IMG/VR virus record: IMGVR_UViG_3300042908_001045
Span: 1-64,000 of that record
Reading direction: 5' to 3' (one strand)
DNA from: a virus
Length of the DNA stretch: 64,000 bases
Of the stretch, positions 36,427-45,908 are shown piece after piece (position 1 is the first letter of the stretch; every line of letters begins with the position of its first letter). The translations under genes were made by a program, and so were the position numbers. The notes beneath the pieces were generated by a model, which made no database searches, was not told the DNA's origin, and worked only from the letters and a program-made list of their open reading frames with translations.

Positions 36427-37105
36427 ACGTACTTTATACATGGGTTCTCCTACACCAGAAGATTTAGATAAAATCAAATTTTATACTAAAGAAGATTGGG
36501 AGTATGACGAATGGTATGTTGTTCCGCTGCGTGCTTCAGACAATTTAGTTAGTAGAAGCTATAAAGTGTGGCATGATGACGTTCTACAACAAATGCCTAA
36601 AGAATTGATTGGTAAAAATTTAATATACAACCACGAATGGAGTGAAGCCGAGGAATCAATTGGTTTTATATTAGATGCTTTTTTAGTGTCTGAACCAAGT
36701 TATGACAACGCAATTGACAGCGGCGACAGATACACTAAAAACATGTCTATTGTAAAAAATAAAGGGTATAAATGCGTTTATTGTCTAGCTGCTATTCATG
36801 CATCAAAAGCTGAAGACATAATGAATATTAAGACAATGCGCGTTAATAAATGCTCTACTGGTGGTGTATTATCTCAAGTAGATATTATTTGTCCTAATTG
36901 CTCTGCTGAATACGGGAGAGAAGTCAGCTTCTTTGAATTAGATTCTATGGGTAAATACATCTGTCCTCACCAAATACCAGGAGGATATGAATACGACGAA
37001 GACGACGAGATAGCTGATTATGCAATTTGGAATGGCATATTTGAGGGTGTTGAGCTATCTTTAGTCGTTTGCGGAAATTTACCCAATGCTGAAATTTTAA
37101 GATAG
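36398..37105 (+). CDS. prohead protease
   Basis: GK.LI.NHEW...IG.I.DA, CSTG, ELSLV. Confidence 0.7.
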   Translation: MEVMLQKPVKRTLYMGSPTPEDLDKIKFYTKEDWEYDEWYVVPLRASDNLVSRSYKVWHDDVLQQMPKELIGKNLIYNHEWSEAEESIGFILDAFLVSEPSYDNAIDSGDRYTKNMSIVKNKGYKCVYCLAAIHASKAEDIMNIKTMRVNKCSTGGVLSQVDIICPNCSAEYGREVSFFELDSMGKYICPHQIPGGYEYDEDDEIADYAIWNGIFEGVELSLVVCGNLPNAEILR

Positions 37106-37133
37106 AATAGTTTAGCACCTTAAACAACAAATC

Positions 37134-37165
37134 AAAGTGCTGTCTGTGGCAATTGGCAGCACTTT
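37134..37165. terminator. bidirectional terminator
   Basis: AAAGTGCTGTC...GGCAGCACTTT. Confidence 0.75.
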
Positions 37166-37170
37166 TTACT

Positions 37171-37515
37171 TTATGCTTCGTAACTACTATTTAGCCACTC
37201 AACAAACTTATCCAAGAGCAAATACAGTGTTTGCTCATTGGCTTGTCTTTGCCAAAATTCTTCTCTACTCATCTTTCCTTCTACAGGAAACATGAGTTCT
37301 TTAAATTTAAGATCCATCCAAGGCTTTATTTGTCTTGATTGACAATCGCCGTCCGGGTGGATCTCAACTACAACATTTTCTACAATGTCGTTCCACAGAA
37401 CATTATCAAATGTTTTGTCGCATGCAAACACAAACCGCTCCCACGCGTTGACTTGGATTGCGTATTCAGTTAATTCCCACGCACGAGAATTTCCTGGGTC
37501 TCTTACATATCTCAT
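37171..37515 (-). CDS. hypothetical protein
   Basis: GGAGG RBS and family promoter TTGACA-17-TATTAT (37569-37541). Confidence 0.7.
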   Translation of the reverse strand: MRYVRDPGNSRAWELTEYAIQVNAWERFVFACDKTFDNVLWNDIVENVVVEIHPDGDCQSRQIKPWMDLKFKELMFPVEGKMSREEFWQRQANEQTLYLLLDKFVEWLNSSYEA

Positions 37516-37573
37516 ATACAGTCCCTCCTATTCAATAGTTATAATAAACCACAAATATATAGTTGTCAATAAT

Positions 37574-37933
37574 TTATTTATGTAATTTTCGATAATTTCT
37601 TTGCAGTGTTTTAACAAACGCCGGAGTATTTTTGTTTTTCCAAACTGGGTCTGTTTTGCTTATAATCCAATTCTCTGAGGAATGACATACGTTTTTATGA
37701 CAGTACTTACATACTGGGAAGAAGTTAACTCCATATTTATCCCCAGATTTTCTATAACTGCTATGATGCACTTCTTCACTTTTGTTTATGCCACAACAGC
37801 AGCATTTGCCGTTAGTTCTTCTGTGTGCAGCAGACAACTTTTTTTTAGTTACTTTTTTATATCGTTGGCTGTAATCGTAGTTCATGCCTGGTTTTGGCAT
37901 ATCTTGAAATAACCATTGAAGTATATTAAACAT
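37574..37933 (-). CDS. HNH endonuclease
   Basis: CCCG...EVHHSSY...N.FPVCKYCH...H. Confidence 0.8.
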   Translation of the reverse strand: MFNILQWLFQDMPKPGMNYDYSQRYKKVTKKKLSAAHRRTNGKCCCCGINKSEEVHHSSYRKSGDKYGVNFFPVCKYCHKNVCHSSENWIISKTDPVWKNKNTPAFVKTLQRNYRKLHK

Positions 37934-37949
37934 AGTTGCCTCCTTTTAT

Positions 37950-37976
37950 AGCTATTACGGATTTACCGCAATAGCT
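37950..37976 (-). terminator. hairpin terminator
   Basis: AGCUAUUGCGG-uaaau-CCGUAAUAGCU on the minus strand. Confidence 0.55.
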
Positions 37977-37985
37977 TGTAATTTA

Positions 37986-38387
37986 TTAAGATTTATGTCT
38001 CCCAATCCACGATTGAGCAATTTTTATTTGCATTTCTACTTCCAATTCATAAGCAGCGCTACATTCATTTTTCGCTCTTTCTTCAAAAGTTTCTATGTAT
38101 TTTAACGCAGCTGCTGAATTATAAGAAAATAATTCCCAAGTAAATTTAACAGCAGATTCTTGTATTTGTTTTTTCTTTAAAATACAGTTGTAGATCTTCT
38201 CCGCTATATCATATTTACCATTTACTATTCGTAAAGCAGCTAGGGGACAGTGGTCAAAAACTTCCCAAATAAAACTGTTATCATCAATCTCAGAGTCATT
38301 AATTAAACGACATTTTATTTCTTCTGGGGTAATCTTAACCGTAACTTCATCTAAATTATTACGAATTTTGGCAATTTGTCTTGTCAT
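37986..38387 (-). CDS. hypothetical protein
   Basis: 133-aa ORF. Confidence 0.6.
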   Translation of the reverse strand: MTRQIAKIRNNLDEVTVKITPEEIKCRLINDSEIDDNSFIWEVFDHCPLAALRIVNGKYDIAEKIYNCILKKKQIQESAVKFTWELFSYNSAAALKYIETFEERAKNECSAAYELEVEMQIKIAQSWIGRHKS

Positions 38388-38523
38388 TTTACTTTTCGGT
38401 ATTTTGTCTTTTACATTTTACTTAATATTGGTTTTGTTGTCAATAACAATCTGTAAGATATGTATTGACACTTATCCTTATTTCTGATATAAAAATAATT
38501 GATAAAACTAAGTAATTGTTACT

Positions 38524-40233
38524 ATGCTCAGACAGTATCAACAAAACGTAATTAAAGACGTGTACTCTTTGTATAAAAAAGGAATTAAATCAGTTTTGGT
38601 TTATGCTCCGACTGGTAGTGGAAAGACGTTTATCGCGTCTCAAATTATAGCTGATGCATTGAATAAGGGGCGAAAAGTTCTTTTTTTAGTTCACAGGACA
38701 AGGTTAATAGAGCAAACGATCAAAACACTGAGAGAAAAATATAGTATTTCCCAATTTGATATTGGAGTGATTTCACCAGAATACTCTCCTGCCTATCATT
38801 GTCCAATTCAAATAGCAATGGTACAAACGATAGCCAGGAGGCAATTGCCATCAGATATTGGTTTAGTGATTGTTGATGAGGCGCATACACTTGCTTACTT
38901 TGAAGTGTATTCTAGAATAGTAAATCATTACTCTGGTGGCGTATTAGCTTGTTCTAATTGCTTTTTCCTTGGATTATCCGCTTCTCCATGGAGAACTAAA
39001 GCTAAAGAAGGATTTTGTCAGTATTTCCAAGCTATTGTGCGCGCTCCATATCCAGCCGAATTAATTAGAGAAAAACATTTAGCGTCTGCACGTCATTTTG
39101 GATGGGGTGGGTTAATAGATTACAGGAAGCTGGATTCTGCTAATGGAGATTTCACGTCAGTTAGTTTAGAGTTAGTTTGTAATAGCGAGTATAATGCTAT
39201 TGTTGTTGATAAATTTAAAGATTTATGCCCTAATAGAAAAACTATAGCTTTTTGTGCTAGTGTTAAACAGGCTGAAGACTTAGCGGAAAAATTTAATCAA
39301 TTGAATATTATTTCTGAAGTAATAAAAGCAGAAACTGATAATAGTGAAAGAAATGCTATTTACAATAGATTTAAGCACGGCATTACACAAATGTTGGTTA
39401 GTGTTTCCGTTTTATGCGAAGGTTTTGATGAGCCAAGTTGTGATGCTGCGATAATTGCTAGACCAACAAAATCTAAAGCATTGTGGGTTCAGATGTGCGG
39501 TAGAGCATTACGAATTTTCCCTGGTAAAGAAAATGCTTATTTACTAGATTTTGGTGACAATACTAAAAGATTTGGATTATCAACAGAAGGCTATCAAACG
39601 CCATTGTGTCCAGTATTTAAGAAAAATCATGAAATGCCAGTTAAAGAATGCCCTAACTGTGCTGCTGTGTTACCTATTTTTGCTCAAATATGTCCTCATT
39701 GCGGTTTTGAATTTATTGGAGAAGAAGATAAAGAAATTCCTGATGTTTTACCAGAGTTTGGTGAGATTTTTTCAAAAGAACAGCAGAAACAAATTGGATA
39801 TTTAAGAGGACAGCTACTTCGTGCTTACAAAGCTGGTAGGAATATTGCGAGAGTAACTTGGCTGTTTACAGAACAATATGGATTTGCGCCAGAACAACAT
39901 TGGTATAAAGATGCAATTTTTAGACGCGGTAAATCATGTCATCCGCTTGTTAGAAAAGCAGATCAAGCTAGACTTCTTAAAGTGCTAAAAAAGGCTAATC
40001 CTAAAGCGACATTGGGTTGGTTAGGAGAACAATTCCGCAGAGAATTTGGACCTGGATATTACAATTTTGAAAATGTTATTACTTGGTATGATGCACTGGG
40101 AATACCATCTAGCAGTTGTTGGAAAGAAATTAAACAAGCCTACCAAAAGTTAATAATAGATGCATCTCCAGAGTATGCGGAAGTTCTTAATTTCTGCTTA
40201 GAAGATGCTAAAAGTATAAAACTTGGGAAATAA
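38524..40233 (+). CDS. SF2 DEAH-box helicase with Zn ribbon and J-domain-like C-terminus
   Basis: APTGSGKT, DEAH, SASP, EGFD.P, QM.GR.LR, CPNC/CPHC. Confidence 0.9.
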   Translation: MLRQYQQNVIKDVYSLYKKGIKSVLVYAPTGSGKTFIASQIIADALNKGRKVLFLVHRTRLIEQTIKTLREKYSISQFDIGVISPEYSPAYHCPIQIAMVQTIARRQLPSDIGLVIVDEAHTLAYFEVYSRIVNHYSGGVLACSNCFFLGLSASPWRTKAKEGFCQYFQAIVRAPYPAELIREKHLASARHFGWGGLIDYRKLDSANGDFTSVSLELVCNSEYNAIVVDKFKDLCPNRKTIAFCASVKQAEDLAEKFNQLNIISEVIKAETDNSERNAIYNRFKHGITQMLVSVSVLCEGFDEPSCDAAIIARPTKSKALWVQMCGRALRIFPGKENAYLLDFGDNTKRFGLSTEGYQTPLCPVFKKNHEMPVKECPNCAAVLPIFAQICPHCGFEFIGEEDKEIPDVLPEFGEIFSKEQQKQIGYLRGQLLRAYKAGRNIARVTWLFTEQYGFAPEQHWYKDAIFRRGKSCHPLVRKADQARLLKVLKKANPKATLGWLGEQFRREFGPGYYNFENVITWYDALGIPSSSCWKEIKQAYQKLIIDASPEYAEVLNFCLEDAKSIKLGK

Positions 40234-40656
40234 TTAATCAATTATGTTGTAGACAAAAAATGATTTAAACCAATCAAAAATAAGTTGTATTTTGTTCCGA
40301 AAAAAAAATAACATTAAAGCGTTTATTCTCACAAAAGTTTCTTTAATATTGACTTTTATTTTTTTAATTTGAAACATTACTATTCTAGATGGTGTTTCAC
40401 TAGAAACTAGAATTACTGTCTTAATTCGCTCAGATTTAAATGTAGGAGTGTCCATTTTCTTAGATCTTAAAAAAGATATAAATTCCGTATAATATTCGGC
40501 TAACAATAGCCAAGTCTCATCCTGACAGCTTACAAACATGTCTAAATTATTTGTGTTGCTATTATTATCTGTGTTGCTACTATTATTTGATTCTATAAAT
40601 GTTATTGAACAGTAGCTTAGTATTTCTTCTATAGGAGTTTTAATTATTTCAGCCAT
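40234..40656 (-). CDS. hypothetical protein (paralog of 55431..55820)
   Basis: IL.YCSI..IE...DMFVSC.DE. Confidence 0.6.
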   Translation of the reverse strand: MAEIIKTPIEEILSYCSITFIESNNSSNTDNNSNTNNLDMFVSCQDETWLLLAEYYTEFISFLRSKKMDTPTFKSERIKTVILVSSETPSRIVMFQIKKIKVNIKETFVRINALMLFFFRNKIQLIFDWFKSFFVYNIID

Positions 40657-40883
40657 GGGTTTTTTGGATTAACTACGCTTTCATCTAAATTTAGCAAAGT
40701 GACAGGGTTTATCTCCAGTGCGCGAGCTAACTTAATTAATAATGGAACTGTCTTAATTCCTCTTTGCTCAGCGCGAATAACTGTCATTCTACTAAGATTT
40801 GCACAAATAGCTAATCTTTGGTGACTGAATCCTTTCTCTATTCGAACTTCTCGTAAGTAACTACCTTGTTTTGATGGTTTCAT
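40644..40883 (-). CDS. XRE-family HTH regulator
   Basis: LREVRIEKGFSHQRLA....LSR.TV.RAE. Confidence 0.85.
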   Translation of the reverse strand: MKPSKQGSYLREVRIEKGFSHQRLAICANLSRMTVIRAEQRGIKTVPLLIKLARALEINPVTLLNLDESVVNPKNPWLK

Positions 40884-40977
40884 ATTTTGTACCGTATTAG
40901 ATACATCTATTCAGATTATTGCCATTTTAGTTGGTATTTTTATTTTAAAGTAATAAGTATAATCTAGCCAAAATTGT

Positions 40978-42738
40978 ATGCCAAGAAAAGTTATAAGAGA
41001 ACTGCTATCAGAACAAGTCATAGATTCATTCAATGAGCAAAAACGCAGTAGGGTGAATTTAAAGCAACCCAAAGGCTTTGTTATTAACAGTTCTTTAAAA
41101 GTTCAAGATAGTGTTGACAGTCCAGATGAAACACAAGAAGTAGTAGAGCCTACACCTGTTGTGTCCACTGAATCTGTGGATATGACCACTGCTCCCAATG
41201 TTTCTTTGGAACAGGTAAAACAGCTAATCGAAAGTCAAGTTTCTCATTTACAGCAATCTCTAATGAAAGAGACTCAGTCAAGAATTGAATTAGAGTCTGC
41301 CTTAAATAAAGAACGTCTTGAGAAAGCTGAGTTAGAATCTCAGTTGCAATCTGCTAAAAAAGCAGAAACAATTTTAGACGAACTTGGTAAAATAAGCAAA
41401 ACTCCAATTACAATGCCAACTCCTAGCGTAAATAGAGTGCTTAGCTCTAAGTCCGACAGCCCGCAAGGCGCATTAAAAGACTGGTTTAATATTTACGAAA
41501 ACTCCAATAAAGTAGTTAAAGTACGTGCTAATGGCTCTCAGTACAGATCTCAAGACAACCGGGAATTAAACCAATTTGTTAAAGAGAACAAATCTCAAGT
41601 AATTAAAGATTTAGAATCTTGGGGCAAAGCTAATGGAATGCTTCGTGGTTCGTCTTTAGTTAGTAAAGATTCTGCAACTATTGGTACCGATATTGTTGGT
41701 GGGTTTCTCCAAGTACTATCTTCAATTATGCGTACTAACAACCGCCAAGGATTTGTGTTCTGGCAATTTGCTAATACTGTAATTGATTTTGGAAAAGGAT
41801 TGGGAGATACAATTAAAATCCCTAGAGCTGCTTACCAACCGGCTCCTGGCACTCCTGAGGACAGATTACTTTCAAGTGCTGGTGCATATACTCGAATTGA
41901 CTCTGGCAACCAAAATTTGTCTACTGGAGTTGTAACAGCTGAACTGCAAGAATGGGGTCTAGGTCGCAATTCTCAATATCCTCCCGTGACTTTAGTTAGC
42001 TTTGTTACCGCTTATTCAATGATTGAACTGTTGTCAATCTTGAATAGAAATTTAATGCGAGATTACTACGCATGGGAAGATCTAAAAATTAGAAGTTTAT
42101 GGACTGGCACAACTCGTGTTGTTTACAACGATAAAAACGCTGTTGCCACAAGTGCCACTTCTGTCACATCCGGAGACGATGGTACTTTAACACGTCGTTT
42201 TCTAGCTTCTTTATATGGATACATGAAGGAGATTCAGATTCCTCCCTTTGCTGGAAATAAATACGGTTTGGTAGTTAACAGCACAGCTTTAACTCAATTA
42301 AAGATTAGCTACGACAGCTTGTGGCACGCAGCTACTCCCGGTGAATTACAAACTTTAACAGAATTCTTGAATCCTGTTTTAATTGCGCCTGGAGAGACGG
42401 ATAAGCTAAGTGGATATTGTGGAGACTTTGAGAACTTTATGATTTTCGAAACTAATGCTTATGGCGTTGGTGCAAGTGGTTCTCCTGGCGTTCAAACAGA
42501 AGATAGTAAAGTTACTCATACTAGCTTCGCTTTTGGTTCAGACACTATTGGACGTGGTATTGGAACTGAAATGGAAGTTCGTTTTGATGACGACACTGAT
42601 TTTGGACGCGCTACTAGAGCTATCTGGCGCTCTGAAGAATCATTCGTTCAAATGGATGTTGATGGAGCTGGAGATAATAGTGCTGTTCCACAACAACTTA
42701 GAGTTATTAAAGTTAACACGCTGAAAAATGCGATTTAA
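40978..42738 (+). CDS. major capsid protein with N-terminal scaffold/coiled-coil domain
   Basis: 586 aa, coiled-coil N-terminus, GDTIKIP, position upstream of neck genes. Confidence 0.75.
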   Translation: MPRKVIRELLSEQVIDSFNEQKRSRVNLKQPKGFVINSSLKVQDSVDSPDETQEVVEPTPVVSTESVDMTTAPNVSLEQVKQLIESQVSHLQQSLMKETQSRIELESALNKERLEKAELESQLQSAKKAETILDELGKISKTPITMPTPSVNRVLSSKSDSPQGALKDWFNIYENSNKVVKVRANGSQYRSQDNRELNQFVKENKSQVIKDLESWGKANGMLRGSSLVSKDSATIGTDIVGGFLQVLSSIMRTNNRQGFVFWQFANTVIDFGKGLGDTIKIPRAAYQPAPGTPEDRLLSSAGAYTRIDSGNQNLSTGVVTAELQEWGLGRNSQYPPVTLVSFVTAYSMIELLSILNRNLMRDYYAWEDLKIRSLWTGTTRVVYNDKNAVATSATSVTSGDDGTLTRRFLASLYGYMKEIQIPPFAGNKYGLVVNSTALTQLKISYDSLWHAATPGELQTLTEFLNPVLIAPGETDKLSGYCGDFENFMIFETNAYGVGASGSPGVQTEDSKVTHTSFAFGSDTIGRGIGTEMEVRFDDDTDFGRATRAIWRSEESFVQMDVDGAGDNSAVPQQLRVIKVNTLKNAI

Positions 42739-42752
42739 TATTGATATTTCCT

Positions 42753-42968
42753 ATGACAGAACAAGATGAAAACAAGGAAATAGTCAAAGAGGTAAAAGAG
42801 CCAAAGAAAAAAACATCTGCGGCTCCTACCCCAGCTTTGCAGCATCCTGGCTTTGACACTCAATCAAAATGTTTGTTGTGTGGACAATTTAGAACCAACT
42901 TAGTTGGTCAAATATTTTGTCCAGAGTATTTAATAGAATGCCCTAGATTTGTGGAGGATAGATTGTAA
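42753..42968 (+). CDS. small Cys-rich hypothetical protein
   Basis: CLLCG...CPE..ECP; ATG at 42753. Confidence 0.55.
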   Translation: MTEQDENKEIVKEVKEPKKKTSAAPTPALQHPGFDTQSKCLLCGQFRTNLVGQIFCPEYLIECPRFVEDRL

Positions 42969-43384
42969 TGCCTAAATTGAATACAATACCAGCCAGAGTT
43001 CAGTCTGACTCTGTTGGTGGAATTGCTAAAGTCGTTTACGATGTTGCTGACTTAGGTGGTAAAATAGGAAACATTTCATTGGAATTAGCTTTACCATCAG
43101 GAGCAATTATTCACCGTGGCTTTATTGATGTTGTTACTCCTCTTGCTAGTGGAGGCTCTGCAACTGTAACATTAAGTTTTATAGGTAGTTCCACCCAATC
43201 TCTTCTTGCCGCTCCCTCTAATTATGATGCTCTTACTTCAGTGCATGCTTTAGCTGTTAACACAACTGCTGTTAAATTATCTAGTACAAATGCAACTAAA
43301 ACATCTGTGCTTAATGTTGTTATCGCAGGAGCTGATTTAACAGCAGGTAGATTTAACGTTTATTTACAGTATTTTGGAGTGTAG
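42968..43384 (+). CDS. putative capsid decoration protein
   Basis: Beta-rich; LPSGAII, LTAGR..VY.QY; position. Confidence 0.55.
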   Translation: MPKLNTIPARVQSDSVGGIAKVVYDVADLGGKIGNISLELALPSGAIIHRGFIDVVTPLASGGSATVTLSFIGSSTQSLLAAPSNYDALTSVHALAVNTTAVKLSSTNATKTSVLNVVIAGADLTAGRFNVYLQYFGV

Positions 43385-43386
43385 TT

Positions 43387-44100
43387 ATGCCGTGGCTTTC
43401 TAATCAAGAATGCTTGCAGTATGCTCCGGGCATTACTTTGACTGGAGAGCCATTAACTACTGCTATTGCTTTAGCACAATCACTAGCTGAGGGCGTTAAT
43501 GGAGCAAATCGCCCATTGGAAATAGCTCAATATAAGAAAATATTGACAATCCCAAACACAGGTAGAGTTATTGTCCCAATTCGTCCAATGCTATCAAATC
43601 CAACTCCTATTGTTGAATTAAGAGGAAGTGATACACCTCCAAGATTTGGAGTTTACTCTATTCAGGAATGGGAGCCACTTATTTTAGACAAAGATTATAA
43701 GATTGATTATGATAATAACGAGATTAGTTTACTAGCACTTAGCAGGGTATTACAACACGAATATTATTATCACACTGGCTTCAGAAGATATAGTCGCAAT
43801 CCAACTGTACCAAGGGTAAAGAAGCAGCTTAAAATAACTTATTCTAGCGGTATTAATTTTGCCGCTACATCAGAGTCTGTAGTTAATTTAAAGCGTAGTT
43901 TAGCCGCTATTGTTGCTTTGCGGAATTCTCCTCAATCGCAAGGAGTCAAATCAGTAGATGTATCTGATGAAAAATATGTTATAGAATACGCGTCTCAATC
44001 AGACTATCTTGGTATTAGTGGTAACAAAACTAATGGTAGTCCAATAAATGAGTTGTTATCAATATTTCGTAAATATCGTCCAAGCGAGTATACATCATGA
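43387..44100 (+). CDS. head-tail adaptor
   Basis: LKITYSSG, VKS..V, LL..FR.Y; position. Confidence 0.6.
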   Translation: MPWLSNQECLQYAPGITLTGEPLTTAIALAQSLAEGVNGANRPLEIAQYKKILTIPNTGRVIVPIRPMLSNPTPIVELRGSDTPPRFGVYSIQEWEPLILDKDYKIDYDNNEISLLALSRVLQHEYYYHTGFRRYSRNPTVPRVKKQLKITYSSGINFAATSESVVNLKRSLAAIVALRNSPQSQGVKSVDVSDEKYVIEYASQSDYLGISGNKTNGSPINELLSIFRKYRPSEYTS

Positions 44101-44537
44101 ATATTGAACAAATTGTTGGTGGGGCATTGCAGCATTTACCTGACAAATATTTTAGTACTGTTAACTTGGAACTAACTTTTAATATTGGCAGTGGAGCATT
44201 TACCGTAGATCCAGAAACTGGAAATTACATTCAATCTTCAGTGCCTTTGATATTGCTGGCATCTGCTACAGAATATAAAGACCCAAGAATATTGCAATCT
44301 CCTGGCAGCTACGGCACAAGCATAATTCAAGTCCAAGGTAGATTAGATAATCCAAAATTAATGCCTACTACAGTTGGAGTTCAGTCTATTGGCACAGCTA
44401 AACTCACTAACAACGATGGTACTATTTTTACAGGTGTCTGGAAATTTACTGCTATAACTCAAAATAGAATTAATGCATATACGTCTAAGCGAGGTACGCT
44501 AATAAGAGGGACTATAACTCTACCCACAGCTGTTTAA
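44097..44537 (+). CDS. head closure/stopper protein
   Basis: DPETGN motif; position. Confidence 0.55.
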   Translation: MNIEQIVGGALQHLPDKYFSTVNLELTFNIGSGAFTVDPETGNYIQSSVPLILLASATEYKDPRILQSPGSYGTSIIQVQGRLDNPKLMPTTVGVQSIGTAKLTNNDGTIFTGVWKFTAITQNRINAYTSKRGTLIRGTITLPTAV

Positions 44538-44558
44538 AATAAATATTTCAGATATCAC

Positions 44559-44587
44559 TTGACATTACAAAAATAATAAGTTATTCT
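44559..44587 (+). promoter_or_regulatory. promoter TTGACA-17-TATTCT
   Basis: Same upstream TTTCAG..nCAC context as the other family members. Confidence 0.6.
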
Positions 44588-44694
44588 AGAAAAAATTCTG
44601 AGGGCAAGAAAATGAAAGATGTAGATTATCCTGAAAGACCTAGATAAAATATAGTAGTAGTAGTTTTTAGCTTCCCCTTGGAAGCTATTGTTTT

Positions 44695-44898
44695 ATGAGT
44701 AATATTGAACACCCAAAACATTATCAGCAAGCAGATATTGAGTGCATTGACGCAATTAAAGCAGCATTGTCTTCTGAAGAGCTAAAAGGCTTTATAAAAG
44801 GGAATATCATAAAGTACACTTGGCGAAGTGACCATAAAAACGGATTAGAAGATCTCCAAAAAGCTCAATGGTACTTAAATTGGTATTTGAATTTATAG
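44695..44898 (+). CDS. DUF3310 protein
   Basis: HPKHY....IECIDAI...GF.KGN.IKY.WR...KNG.EDL.KA.WYL. Confidence 0.9.
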   Translation: MSNIEHPKHYQQADIECIDAIKAALSSEELKGFIKGNIIKYTWRSDHKNGLEDLQKAQWYLNWYLNL

Positions 44899-45828
44899 CT
44901 TAATTAGCTTATTGCCTATAACTTTGTATTGCTTCAACCAGTTATAGGCAGTAGTTTTAGAAATATGTAAATAAGTTTTACACCAAGCAAATGATTTTCC
45001 TTGATTCAAAGCATTGATTACAGCAATTTTCAATTCTGTGCTATAGCCAGGTCTTCCTAGTGCGCCAGGGTTTTCCACAAATTGATATTTACAGTTTTTA
45101 CATAAATATTGTTGTTTTTGTTTTCTTTTCCCGTTTTTAACAATATTTTTACTCAAACAAAGAGGACAAAACAAAATGTTGTTTACAATATTTTTAAGTA
45201 ATTCTATACCTTGTTTTTCTATCTGCTTAATCTGATATACAGATAATCCATACATATTTTTTATTTCTTGTATTTTAAAATCATGTATATGTATTAACCT
45301 AATTATTTGAGCATGTATATCAGGAATTTTTTCTAAAATAATCTCTAATTCCTGTATAGAAGAATTATCGTAATAACTAATTTCTGGTAAATCTAAACAA
45401 GTTTTTTGGTATGCTTTACTAATTTCTTCAACTTTTTCTGGAGTTATATTTAAAAGTTTTACTGCACATTCATATGACATGTTGTTCTTACGTGCATAAC
45501 GTTTAATTGTCTGATGCGTTTCTTGTATTGCCCTAGGAATTTTTATTATTTTATCTTTATCTCGCAAGTACATCAAAATAGATCCGTTAATAAACGGTAG
45601 CGCAAAACTAGACAACTTTTCTGATTTATTTGGATTATATCTTTCTATGGCTTGAATTAATCCCATACTGCCAATCTGAATTAAATCGTCTAAAGGAGTA
45701 GAACATGTTTTTTGCATTTTGCTAGCGACAGAATACACTAATCCCATGTTTTGCTCTACTAATTTATTTCTAGTAGTTATGTTTTTGTCTTTAAAATATT
45801 TTATTAACAGCTGTTGGTTGTCATACAT
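44893..45828 (-). CDS. SigF-like sigma factor fused to an IS1 InsA-like Zn-ribbon/HTH domain
   Basis: N.GLV..VA, DDLIQIG.MGLI.AIERY.P, SSFA.P.I.G.I..YLRD; C-terminal CPLC..KNG...Q.YLCK.C.YQF...ISKTT.YNW. Confidence 0.85.
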   Translation of the reverse strand: MYDNQQLLIKYFKDKNITTRNKLVEQNMGLVYSVASKMQKTCSTPLDDLIQIGSMGLIQAIERYNPNKSEKLSSFALPFINGSILMYLRDKDKIIKIPRAIQETHQTIKRYARKNNMSYECAVKLLNITPEKVEEISKAYQKTCLDLPEISYYDNSSIQELEIILEKIPDIHAQIIRLIHIHDFKIQEIKNMYGLSVYQIKQIEKQGIELLKNIVNNILFCPLCLSKNIVKNGKRKQKQQYLCKNCKYQFVENPGALGRPGYSTELKIAVINALNQGKSFAWCKTYLHISKTTAYNWLKQYKVIGNKLIKL

Positions 45829-45908
45829 ATCAATAACAAAAAAGTTGCACTTTTATATTAGCAATTTAAATCAATCGCCGCAGTAAAAGTGCTTATTTGT
45901 TAGTTTAA

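Noticed and set aside
38524-40233. Helicase as the type IV DinG (Csf4)
   Set aside because: It is a UvsW/RadD-like DEAH helicase 24 kb away, without DinG features
44893-45180. IS1 insertion sequence
   Set aside because: No InsB/DDE frame or terminal inverted repeats evident; the domain is fused in frame to sigma
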